NCBI GenBank assembly: GCA_013334245.1
Contig: JAAXXZ010000005.1
Coordinates: forward strand, 1 to 59,602
DNA: 59,602 nt
Direction of reading: 5' to 3'
DNA from: Candidatus Moraniibacteriota bacterium
GTDB taxonomy: Bacteria; Patescibacteriota; Minisyncoccia; Moranbacterales; UBA1568
How positions within the stretch are numbered: the stretch's first letter is position 1; every line of letters begins with the position of its first letter. Of the stretch, positions 34,895-46,757 are shown piece after piece. A program made the position numbers and the translations under genes. Under the pieces are notes generated by a model. It was not told the origin of the DNA and searched no databases. It was given only the letters and a program-made list of their open reading frames with translations.

Positions 34895-34981
34895 GGGGAA
34901 GATTCCGCGTCGGATAACGAAAGACGGCACAGCAGCATGCGGATGCCGTTTTTCGTTGCCTTTCTTTTCTGATAGAATCAG

Positions 34982-35938
34982 ATGGTGCCGTATTGTCCTA
35001 TGCATTCCCATATGCCGGAAGAGTGGAAAATCGCGGTGCTCATACCGTGCCTGGATGAAGAGCGTACCATCGGGAACGTGGTACGCGATTTCAAGGATGT
35101 ATTGCCTTCCGCCGACATCTACGTCTATGATAACGCATCGACTGATTTCACCACCGCCGTGGCGCTTCAGGCAGGCGCGATCGTGCGGATGGAATCCCGA
35201 CGGGGAAAAGGGAACGTCGTTCGGTCGATGTTCCGGGACATCGATGCGGACATTTACGTGATGGTGGACGGAGACGATACGTATTCCGCTGCCGATGCGG
35301 AAAAACTCGTGTCGGCCGTAGAAGGGGGGGCTGACATGGCCGTCGGTGATCGGAATATCGTGGGCCAATACGGGCGTCAGGGTCCGCGGCGTTTTCATCT
35401 GACTGGAAATCTTCTCGTTCGGACGCTCGTGCACGGGCTGTTCAAGTCCGAAATACACGACATCATGAGCGGGTATCGTGCGTTTTCCAGGAGGTTCGTG
35501 AAGAACTACCCAGTCTTGTTCGGGGGCTTCCAGCTGGAGACGGATATGACCGTTTTCGCGTCTCATCGTTTCCTTTCGGTCCGGGAGATTCCGGTACGGT
35601 ATCGGGAGCGGAAAGAAGGGGGGAGTCCTTCCAAACTCAGGACGTATGCCGACGGTTTCGCGGTGATTCTCGCCATCGTCAATCTGTATAGGTACTATCG
35701 TCCGTTCGCTTTTTTCTCGTTTCTAGCGGTCGTATTCGCGTTATCAGGCCTCGCGTCCGGAACTCCCGTCCTGATCGAATACATAGAAACGCGCTATATC
35801 CTTCGGGTGCCGCTCGCGATTCTCGCCTCGAGTCTGGTGGCCATCGGTGCGAACCTGTTCGTAAGCGGAATCCTGTCCGATACGGTCCATCGCAGCCAGC
35901 GAGAGGCGTTTGAGACGGACATCCGGCGGAAATCATGA
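34982..35938 (+). CDS. GT2 glycosyltransferase, polyprenyl-phosphate sugar synthase-like (DPM1/GtrB-like)
   Basis: IPCLDEE, DNASTD, GKG, MVDGDDTY, SGYRAFSR, two C-terminal TM helices. Confidence 0.9.
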   Translation: MVPYCPMHSHMPEEWKIAVLIPCLDEERTIGNVVRDFKDVLPSADIYVYDNASTDFTTAVALQAGAIVRMESRRGKGNVVRSMFRDIDADIYVMVDGDDTYSAADAEKLVSAVEGGADMAVGDRNIVGQYGRQGPRRFHLTGNLLVRTLVHGLFKSEIHDIMSGYRAFSRRFVKNYPVLFGGFQLETDMTVFASHRFLSVREIPVRYRERKEGGSPSKLRTYADGFAVILAIVNLYRYYRPFAFFSFLAVVFALSGLASGTPVLIEYIETRYILRVPLAILASSLVAIGANLFVSGILSDTVHRSQREAFETDIRRKS

Positions 35939-35954
35939 ACCTTTCCGAACGACT

Positions 35955-36545
35955 ATGACGAATCCGAGAACGGTTCCGTTTTCATCAGGTGATTCCGGAT
36001 TATTGGACCGGTTGCTGTGTCAGCTCCGTTTCAGAAGGGTTGCCGGAATGATTCGCGACCGGTCGAACGTTCTCGATGTGGGGTGCGGATATCGGGGCGA
36101 ACTGCTTCGGACCCTGAGCCCGAGGATCGCTTCCGGTCGCGGAATAGACGTATCCGTGGACGACTCTGTGTCGGCGGGCAATGTCGAACTTGTCGGGGGT
36201 GACCTTTCCGAAGGGTTGCCGTTCCCGGACGCGACGTTCGATGTCGTGGTTTCTCTGGCGAATATCGAACATCTCGAGGATTCGGAGTCGGTCGTCCGGG
36301 AGATTTACCGCGTGCTCAAGCCCGGAGGGACACTTCTTCTGACGACGCCGACAAAAAAAGCGAAACCGGTTCTCGAGTTCCTTGCTTATACGCTCCACGT
36401 CATTAGCGAGCGTGAGATTCGAGATCATAAGCGATATTTTTCCGGTGATGAGCTTGGTCGAATATGTCGTGACTGCGGTTTTTCCGAATGGTCGTATCGG
36501 ACATTCCAATGTGGAATGAACGGGTTTCTGGTCTCCAAAAAATAA
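35955..36545 (+). CDS. Class I SAM-dependent methyltransferase
   Basis: VLDVGCG, GIDVS, FDVVVSLANIEHL, RVLKPGG. Confidence 0.92.
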   Translation: MTNPRTVPFSSGDSGLLDRLLCQLRFRRVAGMIRDRSNVLDVGCGYRGELLRTLSPRIASGRGIDVSVDDSVSAGNVELVGGDLSEGLPFPDATFDVVVSLANIEHLEDSESVVREIYRVLKPGGTLLLTTPTKKAKPVLEFLAYTLHVISEREIRDHKRYFSGDELGRICRDCGFSEWSYRTFQCGMNGFLVSKK

Positions 36546-36557
36546 GGACTTCCCATT

Positions 36558-38276
36558 ATGGACGTGATGAACCGTTTTTGGGTGAAGACGTGCGCGAATG
36601 CCGTTCGCCGAGTCGGCACGATCGCAAGAGGCGTCGCAGACATTCGCGGGGTGCGAACGCTGTGTGTCTTCCTCTTCTTTGCGGCGTTCTTCTCGCTGAC
36701 CTATCTGACGGTCGACCGCGTCGTCAGTCTCGATGATCCTCTGTTCCATATCCGCTTCGCGGAAACGGTGCGCGAACGGGGCCTCTCCACGTTTCGCGAT
36801 TTCGACGGGCTTCCATTTTCCGAGATAGGGAAGTCCTATCTCATATATTACAATTTCCTGTTTTACGCGGCCCTCATCCCATTCACGTTCTTTCATCCGC
36901 TTATCATGGGAATAAAGGTGTACGGGGTCCTGTCGGCGGCCGCAACGCTTACCGTGTCGTACCTCTTTCTCCGGACATTTTCCGTTCCGAAGCCGTTCTT
37001 CTGGGTGCTCGGGCTGGCGAGCGCGATCTCACCCTTCGATCTCGTGAGATTCATCATGGCTCGGCCGTTCTCATTGGCGCCGGCGTTGCTTATGCTTATC
37101 ATCCTTGCGGGGTATCGGAAGCGGTATGCCCTCCTCGCGAGCCTTTCCGTCGCGTATTTTCTCTGGCATACCGCGACATTCTTCTTTCCGATATTCTGCA
37201 TCGTCATCCTTTCCGCCTTCGGTGGACTCTATGGCCGGAAAGTCGATCTGAAGCTGCTCCTGAGCACGATCTTCGGGACGGCTCTCGGTTTCGTGATCGT
37301 TTCCCTGATTGCACCGGGTTTTCCGACCTACATGAGGGAAATAATCTTCGGGGTATTCGCCGACACGATCGTGGGGAAAAAGGTTGCGATCGCGGAGGGA
37401 GGGGAGCTGTACCCGGTAAAGATATTCGATTATCTTTCCATGAACATGGTTCTTTTCGGGGGGTTTCTGATCGGAATATCGTTGGAGATTTCCAGGTATG
37501 TCGGTATGCGACGCGAACGTTCTTTGACCGTTCAACCCGATAGACAGGTCGTCGAGGGCGCGCTCTTCGCGATCTCGCTTTCGTTCTTCCTTTTTTCGCT
37601 CATCAGCCGGCGGAATCTCGATTTCTTCGTCATCGCGGTGATGGCGTATATCCCGATGGGTCTCGTTCATTTCTCCGAGGGGATACGCGCGTTGGGACCG
37701 ATTTCGAAGAGGGCGCTGGTTGCCGGTGTTGCGATATTCGTCGTCTATCTCGTGTCGGCGACCGGACTTACGATAAATGACCGCATTGCCTCCATGCAGC
37801 CGTATGATTTTCTTGAACGACCGTCGGAATGGCTCAAAAATAATGTGAAGTCCGGCGAAATCGTTTTCAATACGACCTGGAACTGGTTCCCGTCGCTCTA
37901 CCTGTATAATCCCGGAAATCGGTATATTGCGGGCATAGAGCCGCGGTTCCTCTATAACTACGATCCTGAAAAATACTGGGAGTGGTGGCATATCAGCGGA
38001 GGAGGATACGTATGCCGTTCGGAACGGTGTGATCAGATGGAGTTGAGGCAGCAGGCGGTCGTCGCGTCCGACGACGAGGAGGTGAAGAAGACATGGGCGA
38101 AAGAAAACGAGAACGAGGTGGCGGACGCGATCCGCAATGACTTCTCGTCCTCGTATATCGTGACATCGGACGATTTTTCCGCGCTCTCGATCATCCTCGG
38201 GAAGGGGGCCCGATTCGAGGAAGTTTACCGGGATCCGATAAACCGGAAAATGAGGATTTATCGTATACGTGATTGA
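36558..38276 (+). CDS. Polytopic membrane protein, GT-C fold glycosyltransferase (STT3/AglB-like)
   Basis: About 11-13 hydrophobic helices; DDPLFHIR after TM1; soluble C-terminal domain with IVFNTTWNWFP. Confidence 0.65.
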   Translation: MDVMNRFWVKTCANAVRRVGTIARGVADIRGVRTLCVFLFFAAFFSLTYLTVDRVVSLDDPLFHIRFAETVRERGLSTFRDFDGLPFSEIGKSYLIYYNFLFYAALIPFTFFHPLIMGIKVYGVLSAAATLTVSYLFLRTFSVPKPFFWVLGLASAISPFDLVRFIMARPFSLAPALLMLIILAGYRKRYALLASLSVAYFLWHTATFFFPIFCIVILSAFGGLYGRKVDLKLLLSTIFGTALGFVIVSLIAPGFPTYMREIIFGVFADTIVGKKVAIAEGGELYPVKIFDYLSMNMVLFGGFLIGISLEISRYVGMRRERSLTVQPDRQVVEGALFAISLSFFLFSLISRRNLDFFVIAVMAYIPMGLVHFSEGIRALGPISKRALVAGVAIFVVYLVSATGLTINDRIASMQPYDFLERPSEWLKNNVKSGEIVFNTTWNWFPSLYLYNPGNRYIAGIEPRFLYNYDPEKYWEWWHISGGGYVCRSERCDQMELRQQAVVASDDEEVKKTWAKENENEVADAIRNDFSSSYIVTSDDFSALSIILGKGARFEEVYRDPINRKMRIYRIRD

Positions 38277-38402
38277 TGTTTCCGCACGCGATGATGCCTC
38301 CCGTTTTTCGTGGTAAGCTGTGGATACATCGGAGTGAACAGTAAAGCAATCGGCCTGTTTTTGTCGCTTGTTCGAAGCGATCGGATAACGGGGATACCGG
38401 GT

Positions 38403-38879
38403 ATGAATCTTCTCGAACCAACCATCGGCGGGCGGATCGTCCGCATGGCGGTCGTCGTGCTTGCGTTCTTCTTTACGGGCGTAGCCTGCGCGAACCCTCT
38501 GCCGGCAAGTGAAAGCGGTATCAAGATATGGGTCGCTCATGCGGAATCGGACGGACACGGTACCAGCGATGCGCTATCGCCGTCGGGTTGTGTTGAAGGA
38601 GACGGACTTACTATCGGTGCCGGGACGGGACGGAACGTTTCAGGCGTCCCTTTGTATGAGATCCTGAACCACGGGAAGGAAGGATTCGGATGCCCGTCCG
38701 TCAAACAGAGGAAGGAGGACGGGATCATACGGATGATTCGGAATCAGTCGTCGATGTCCCGTTCGGGACTGAGCGGATTCCTCGTGTTATTGGTCACGCC
38801 CGGCCCTGACGACATATTCGGTGCCGGCTGTCCCGATCCGATCGATCGGGCATCGGGGTGTTGCCAGGTGAGGGATTGA
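38403..38879 (+). CDS. Hypothetical Cys-rich, possibly exported protein
   Basis: ORF with a hydrophobic N-terminal segment; no recognised motif; start uncertain. Confidence 0.35.
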   Translation: MNLLEPTIGGRIVRMAVVVLAFFFTGVACANPLPASESGIKIWVAHAESDGHGTSDALSPSGCVEGDGLTIGAGTGRNVSGVPLYEILNHGKEGFGCPSVKQRKEDGIIRMIRNQSSMSRSGLSGFLVLLVTPGPDDIFGAGCPDPIDRASGCCQVRD

Positions 38880-38891
38880 CCGATTTCGGTT

Positions 38892-38919
38892 TTGACGGTC
38901 GTTCCATATATGATAAAAT
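38892..38919 (+). promoter_or_regulatory. Promoter for pilin copy 2
   Basis: TTGACG-16 nt-TAAAAT with TGn extension. Confidence 0.5.
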
Positions 38920-38953
38920 TCCTTTGGGTCCGAAGAGTCTTTCTAAAAAAAAT

Positions 38954-39322
38954 ATGAAGCATGCAAAACTCGGTTTCACACTGATCGAACTTCTTATCGT
39001 CATCGCGATTATCGGTATCCTCGCCTCGATCGTTCTTGTGAGCCTTTCAAGCGCCCGTGAGAAGGCGAAAGCGGCTTCTTTCAAGGCGTCGACGCATTCG
39101 CTCCAGTCCGCGGCCATCATGGCGTGTGATTCGGGGGCGTTGAACTCGACAACTCTTCCGATCGGAAATGCCTCGTATGTCGGTAACCTTACCTTCGGTA
39201 GCGGAACGAACTGCGGAACTACGGGTACCGGGGCCTTCAATGTCACCGCCACGTCGAGCGGATTGACGACGACATGCACCGCGACCATAAGTCCGACGGG
39301 TGTCGTTTATAACGGATGCTAG
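38954..39322 (+). CDS. pilA: Type IV major pilin, copy 2
   Basis: MKHAKLG|FTLIELLIVIAIIGILAS; collinear paralogue of 34529..34894. Confidence 0.92.
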   Translation: MKHAKLGFTLIELLIVIAIIGILASIVLVSLSSAREKAKAASFKASTHSLQSAAIMACDSGALNSTTLPIGNASYVGNLTFGSGTNCGTTGTGAFNVTATSSGLTTTCTATISPTGVVYNGC

Positions 39323-39425
39323 TCTGCCGTTTCCGATTATCTCGGTCGAGTTCCGTAACGGTCGTTTCAGCAGGTCGGCGTAAGGTTGTCGGCAATTTGG
39401 CGGGTCATCCTTAGCTGGAACGTTC

Positions 39426-40220
39426 ATGATCCTTTTTCTTATCGTTGTCGGTCTTCTCGTCGGGAGTTTCCTGAATGTCGTACTCACGCGCCTGGACACC
39501 GAAGAGTCGTTCGTATCGGGGCGTTCGCGCTGCGATTCCTGTCGGGAAATAATCCGTTGGTATGACAATGTTCCCGTGTTGTCGTACATAATTCTTCGCG
39601 GGAGATGTCGGTCTTGTGGTAAGGCGATTTCGCCGCAGCATCTGTTCATGGAACTCTCGACTGCGGCGCTGTTCGCTGTAGCCGGGGCGGTCATTCCGGT
39701 CGAGGATACGCCCGCATCCGTTTTCGGGTTGGTGTCGGTGCTCGGGCTTATCGGGGTCCTTTCGGTGGTATTCGTCCATGACCTGATGCACATGGAGATT
39801 CCGGTTTCCGTGCTGGTGTTCGGAATCGTTTGGACGGTCGTCTCGTTGTTTCTCGTCTGGGTATCCACCGGTCCATCGGAACCGTTTCTCGCGTCCCGAT
39901 TATGGGAGGGGGTCGTCGGCGGTGCGATCGCGTTCCTCTCGTTCTATTCGTTGGTCTATTTTTCCGACGAGACGTGGATGGGGATGGGGGATGCGTGGTT
40001 GGCGCTCATACTTGGTCTGGCACTGGGATGGCGATTGCTGCTCCCGGCACTGACCCTTGCGTTCGGTTCCGGGGCAATCGTCGGAATCGTGCTTATCGTT
40101 CTCGGTCGGAAGGGATTGCAGAGCCGCATTCCGTTCGGTCCGTTTCTATCCGGGAGCGTGATTGTTATGCTTATTTTTGGTACAATGATGGGGGAGGCAT
40201 TCGGATATTTCATGATATAG
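39426..40220 (+). CDS. pilD: Prepilin peptidase
   Basis: GSFLNVV, RSRCDSC, GRCRSC, VHDLMHMEIP, MGMGDAW, IPFGPFL. Confidence 0.95.
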   Translation: MILFLIVVGLLVGSFLNVVLTRLDTEESFVSGRSRCDSCREIIRWYDNVPVLSYIILRGRCRSCGKAISPQHLFMELSTAALFAVAGAVIPVEDTPASVFGLVSVLGLIGVLSVVFVHDLMHMEIPVSVLVFGIVWTVVSLFLVWVSTGPSEPFLASRLWEGVVGGAIAFLSFYSLVYFSDETWMGMGDAWLALILGLALGWRLLLPALTLAFGSGAIVGIVLIVLGRKGLQSRIPFGPFLSGSVIVMLIFGTMMGEAFGYFMI

Positions 40221-40226
40221 GAAAAT

Positions 40227-40799
40227 ATGCGACGCGGACGGAATACATACCACGCGAAACGGAAGGGATTCACCCTGGTCGAAGTGATCATCACGACGGC
40301 GATTATCGGCATCGTTTCGGCGATCTCGATCGTTTCCATGAGCGGCCTGAAGGTCAAACGCGAGGTGCAAGGGAATGCGCGCGTAGTGGCTGCGGCGATT
40401 CGTGAGGCGCAGAATAACGCGATAACGGGAAAGAACATCCGCGGAGCCACATGTACGATGAACTCCAGTCCGGCGGAATGTGCGCCCTGCGGCTTCGAAA
40501 TCAGTGCGTCGGGAAACTCGTATATCATGACACAGTCGAATGCCGACCTGTCCGGGGGCGGGGCCTGTTCCGCATACGGGGGCGGGAAGAGTGTCTCGCT
40601 GACGAACGGAGTGACGATTTCCGCTTCGAAAGTCCGGTTCGTCGTACCGCGCGCCGAACCGAAGACATCGATGGACGCCGATCTCGATTCAGGTTCCATC
40701 GATTTCGTTCTGAGCAAGGGTGCGGTGTCGCTTCATGTCTGCGTGTATCCGCTCGGAAGGGTAGAGGAACGGCCGATCGGGAACACGAATTGTAATTAG
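40227..40799 (+). CDS. Minor pilin (FimT/GspH-like)
   Basis: G|FTLVEVIITTAIIGIVS. Confidence 0.85.
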   Translation: MRRGRNTYHAKRKGFTLVEVIITTAIIGIVSAISIVSMSGLKVKREVQGNARVVAAAIREAQNNAITGKNIRGATCTMNSSPAECAPCGFEISASGNSYIMTQSNADLSGGGACSAYGGGKSVSLTNGVTISASKVRFVVPRAEPKTSMDADLDSGSIDFVLSKGAVSLHVCVYPLGRVEERPIGNTNCN

Positions 40800-40819
40800 G
40801 GGGCGAACGAGTCCGATAT

Positions 40820-41401
40820 ATGAACGGTAAGAGAAAAAAATTGAACGGCTTTTCCCTTGGTGAGGTTCTTCTCTCTGTTTCAGTGCTGACCGTGGGCGTC
40901 TTGCCGGTGATGGCGGCGATGACCAAGGGTTTCCAGTCGTCGCTCGCGAGCAGGGATGTCATCGTTGCGTCCGGACTCGCGCAGGAAGGCGCGGAACTGG
41001 TGAAGAACGTGAAGGATAACAATGTTCTTGCCGGCAGTGCGTCCCTTTCGGCGTGGCTTCCCTCGTCGGGATCGACATGGAACGATTGCCGGATCGACGC
41101 GGGAGATCAGGTGCTTTCTCCGGGAAACAGGATTTCCTGTGGATTGAGTGCGTCGGCTTTCAAGCTGTCCAAGCAGTCGTCAAATTTTCTTGGGCACGGC
41201 GGTGCGGGGGTGGCCACGAAATTCAGCCGGAAGATCCTTCTTGATTACGGTGGATCCGGGAATGAACGAGTAACCTGCATCAGCGCGGTGTATTGGGGGC
41301 AGAGTTATACCCCGTCGAGCATCGCTGACGCGCGTGCGAATTGCAAGGTAAGCAAGAAATGCGTGTATGCGGAATCGGTGCTGACGCCGTGGGGATCATA
41401 G
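40820..41401 (+). CDS. Minor pilin (PilV-like)
   Basis: G|FSLGEVLLSVSVL...ASGLAQEGAELV. Confidence 0.8.
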   Translation: MNGKRKKLNGFSLGEVLLSVSVLTVGVLPVMAAMTKGFQSSLASRDVIVASGLAQEGAELVKNVKDNNVLAGSASLSAWLPSSGSTWNDCRIDAGDQVLSPGNRISCGLSASAFKLSKQSSNFLGHGGAGVATKFSRKILLDYGGSGNERVTCISAVYWGQSYTPSSIADARANCKVSKKCVYAESVLTPWGS

Positions 41402-41406
41402 TTATT

Positions 41407-42027
41407 ATGGATGGGAGTATGAAGGGAAATCGGAAACAATTCAGTAAAAAGGCCGCGGGATTCACCCTCATCGAACTGATCGTTTCGATCGGCGTGTTCG
41501 CGATCATGTCCGTCTCGTTGTCGGCTGCCTTCACGTCCGGATTCTCCACATTCGGGAACTCGCGCGAGATCCAGCACGATGTCGAGGCCGCGCAGTATTC
41601 GATGAACATGCTTGCGAAATATCTCCGTACGAGCTCGGTACTCGAGGTCGCCGCGGCCAAGGACGATATCCGGTTCTATGATTATTCGGCGAAGCGTTGT
41701 TTCGAATACCGTTTCAATTCGGGTGGGACATTTCAAGCTAGGTGGAAAAATATCGCTTCCATGACCGATGTGACGACGGACTGTTCCGCTTCGACGCTTG
41801 GTTCGTGCGGTGATCCGTCATGTGTTTGGAAAAACCTTACTCCCACCTCGGGCTCATATGTTACCGGTCAGTTCTATGCGACGACTTCTACGAACGGGGC
41901 GACCAAATCGGTGGGTCGAGTCACGGTAACGATGTCCATCAAGAAGAACTCTACTGCTAAACTCAAGTCCGACATACAGACGACGGTTTCGCTCCGCGAC
42001 TACGACTATGTCGCGAAGACTCCCTGA
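41407..42027 (+). CDS. Minor pilin (PilW-like)
   Basis: G|FTLIELIVSIGVFAIM...QTTVSLR. Confidence 0.85.
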   Translation: MDGSMKGNRKQFSKKAAGFTLIELIVSIGVFAIMSVSLSAAFTSGFSTFGNSREIQHDVEAAQYSMNMLAKYLRTSSVLEVAAAKDDIRFYDYSAKRCFEYRFNSGGTFQARWKNIASMTDVTTDCSASTLGSCGDPSCVWKNLTPTSGSYVTGQFYATTSTNGATKSVGRVTVTMSIKKNSTAKLKSDIQTTVSLRDYDYVAKTP

Positions 42028-42140
42028 TTCCCGGTCGGTCTCCGGTCCGACATGACGGTCGGAAGCGGTGTCTTCGACCGCCCATCCGGGCGGTCTTTAT
42101 GTTTTTCGACCGTTCAGCTATGATATCCGGGAGGGCTTAA

Positions 42141-44240
<2,100 letters not shown>

Positions 44241-44274
44241 CGAAGCGGTCGGTGACACGGATATCCATATCATC

Positions 44275-44562
44275 ATGCTGACAAGCGAAGAAGTCCGACA
44301 TATCGCGTTGCTCGCCCGGATCGGTCTTACCGATTCCGAGGTGGAGAAATACCGGAATGAACTTTCCGGTGTTCTTGATTTTTTTCATGAACTCGGTGAG
44401 CTGGATCTTTCCGGGGAATCGGTCGGTGACGGCATCCCCGTGAAGGAAAACGATACGCGCGAGGATCGCGTGTCGGAATTCGGCGGCATCGGGCGGGAGG
44501 ATATCCTGAACTGCGTTCCCGTGAAAAAGGACGGATTCATAAAGGTCCGATCCGTGTTTTGA
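44275..44562 (+). CDS. gatC: Asp/Glu-tRNA amidotransferase subunit C
   Basis: EEVRHIALLARI...REDRV...GFIKVRSVF. Confidence 0.93.
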   Translation: MLTSEEVRHIALLARIGLTDSEVEKYRNELSGVLDFFHELGELDLSGESVGDGIPVKENDTREDRVSEFGGIGREDILNCVPVKKDGFIKVRSVF

Positions 44563-44652
44563 GAACCGTACGATTTTTTTACCTCTTCCGATTTCGAAGA
44601 CTAATTACTGGGCAATCTTTTCACTTTTCACTTGCGACTTTTCACTTTCGTT

Positions 44653-46113
44653 ATGATCCGAGAACTGCACGAGAAACTGAAAGACGGTACGGTAACCGCG
44701 ATCGGCTTGGCGGAGTCGTATCTTTCCCGCATCGCCGAGCGGGACGGCGAGATCGGCGCGTTCCTTTCCGTTCTTGCGGAGGATGCGAGGAAGTCCGCCC
44801 GCTTCGTCGACGAGAAAATCGCCCGAGGAGAGAAAATCGGTCTGTTGGAAGGCATTCCCGGCGCGGTGAAGGATAACATGTGCAAGGTCGGGACGCGGAC
44901 GACCGCGGGATCCAAGATTCTTGACGGTTACGTCGCTCCATACGACGCCACGGTCATCGAACGGCTCTCCGGCGCGGGAGCGGTGATTCTCGGAAAGACG
45001 AACATGGACGAGTTCGCGATGGGATCGTCCACGGAATCGAGCGCGTACCGTCAGACGAAGAATCCGGTGGATCCGGAGCGGGTTCCCGGAGGTTCGTCGG
45101 GCGGTTCGGCTGCGGCGGTCGCGGACGGGATGGCCGTATTCGCGCTTGGAAGCGATACGGGAGGGTCCATCCGTCAGCCGGCATCCTTTTGCGGTGTCGT
45201 CGGTCTCAAGCCTACCTATGGTCGCGTATCGCGGTACGGGCTGATCGCCATGGCATCCTCGCTCGATCAGATCGGTCCGTTCACGAAAACCGTGGAAGAC
45301 GCCGCCATAGTCTTCTCGGAGATATGCGGCTACGATCCGATGGATGTGACCACGGCCGAAAGCGATGGAAAGCGTTTCGAAGATTTTCTCTCCGGCGATA
45401 TCCGCGGTCTTCGTATCGGCATTCCGAAGGAATATCTTTCGGGCGGTCTAGACGAGCGGGTCCGCAAAGCGTTCGACACGTCCGTGGAACGGTTCCGTTC
45501 GCTCGGTGCGGAAATACAAGAGATATCGCTCCCTCATGCGAAGTATGCGTTGCCGGTCTATTACATCATCATGCCGTCGGAAGTGAGTTCGAACTTGGCC
45601 CGTCTCGACGGTATCCGCTACGGCATGTCCGTGGACGACAAGACCGAGCGGTTCTCCGGATCGGACACGCTGCTTGAGACCTATCTCGATACGCGCGGCT
45701 ACGGATTCGGCGACGAAGTGAAGCGCCGGATCATGTTGGGGACGTACGCGCTTTCCGCCGGGTATTATGACGCGTATTATAAGAAGGCACAGGATGTCCG
45801 GAAGCTGATCCGAAAGGATTTCGCGAACGTGTTTCAGGAGGTGGACCTTGTTTTTTCCCCGACCGCGCCGGAGCCGGCGTTCCGATTCGGGGCGAAGCAG
45901 GACGATCCGATCGGCATGTACCTTTCTGACATCTATACGGTGACGGCGAACCTTGCGGGAATTCCGGCCATATCGTTCCCTATGGGGACTGTGGAAGAGG
46001 AAGGGAAAAATCTTCCGGTCGGCGGGCAGCTTATGGGGGCATGGTTCGACGAGGAAACGATGCTTCGCGCCGCGGACGCGTTCGAGAAGGTAGGCACGGT
46101 TGAACAGAAATAA
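44653..46113 (+). CDS. gatA: Asp/Glu-tRNA amidotransferase subunit A
   Basis: KDN, GKTNMDEFAMGSS, GGSSGGS, GSDTGGSIRQPA, KRRIMLGT. Confidence 0.98.
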   Translation: MIRELHEKLKDGTVTAIGLAESYLSRIAERDGEIGAFLSVLAEDARKSARFVDEKIARGEKIGLLEGIPGAVKDNMCKVGTRTTAGSKILDGYVAPYDATVIERLSGAGAVILGKTNMDEFAMGSSTESSAYRQTKNPVDPERVPGGSSGGSAAAVADGMAVFALGSDTGGSIRQPASFCGVVGLKPTYGRVSRYGLIAMASSLDQIGPFTKTVEDAAIVFSEICGYDPMDVTTAESDGKRFEDFLSGDIRGLRIGIPKEYLSGGLDERVRKAFDTSVERFRSLGAEIQEISLPHAKYALPVYYIIMPSEVSSNLARLDGIRYGMSVDDKTERFSGSDTLLETYLDTRGYGFGDEVKRRIMLGTYALSAGYYDAYYKKAQDVRKLIRKDFANVFQEVDLVFSPTAPEPAFRFGAKQDDPIGMYLSDIYTVTANLAGIPAISFPMGTVEEEGKNLPVGGQLMGAWFDEETMLRAADAFEKVGTVEQK

Positions 46114-46124
46114 CGGAAACCGAA

Positions 46125-46652
46125 ATGTCTTTCGACATGACGTCACTTATCGGGATACTGGTGATCTTCTGGCATGGCGTTCAGAAGTCCTCGTTGTTTT
46201 TCCTCGTGTCCCTGTTCCTCAAACTGTATACTTTCGTGGTGTTCGTCGACCTCGTCCTGTTGCTTCTCGTTCACGATATCCGGTCGAACATACAGAAACA
46301 GGTGTTCGGAGGGCGTCGACCGCTCATCCAGCCGGCGAAGTTTCAGAAACGTTGGGAGGCCATCAAGGCCAGGACGAAAAGCGGGAACCCCTCCTATTAC
46401 AAGGCTGCCATTCTCGAGGCAGACGCGCTTGCCGACGAGATGCTTGGGGAAATCGGCTACGAAGGGGGAGATATCGGGGAGCGTCTTTCACTCATCATGC
46501 CCGGTCAGCTGCTTTCCGCGGAACGGCTGCAGGAGGCGCACAAGGTCCGGAACCGCATCATCCGCGACCCGGATTTCACGTTGCCGAAAGAGGAGGCGGA
46601 AGAGCTTTTGGCTTTCTACGAGGGATTTTTCGGAGAGTTGGAGTTGCTTTAG
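46125..46652 (+). CDS. Hypothetical membrane-anchored protein (HEPN-like C-terminus)
   Basis: N-terminal TM helices; AILEADAL...GERL...AHKVRNRIIRD. Confidence 0.7.
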   Translation: MSFDMTSLIGILVIFWHGVQKSSLFFLVSLFLKLYTFVVFVDLVLLLLVHDIRSNIQKQVFGGRRPLIQPAKFQKRWEAIKARTKSGNPSYYKAAILEADALADEMLGEIGYEGGDIGERLSLIMPGQLLSAERLQEAHKVRNRIIRDPDFTLPKEEAEELLAFYEGFFGELELL

Positions 46653-46728
46653 GGAATTCCGACGAGAAAGGGAACCCGACGACCGTATCTGGTTGCAGGC
46701 ATTTGATGATCACCTGATTCCAGCCGGG

Positions 46729-46757
46729 TTGACAGGAAGGTCCCGGCTTGGTATGCT
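46729..46757 (+). promoter_or_regulatory. Promoter of the secE-nusG-rplK-rplA operon
   Basis: TTGACA-17 nt-TATGCT. Confidence 0.6.
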
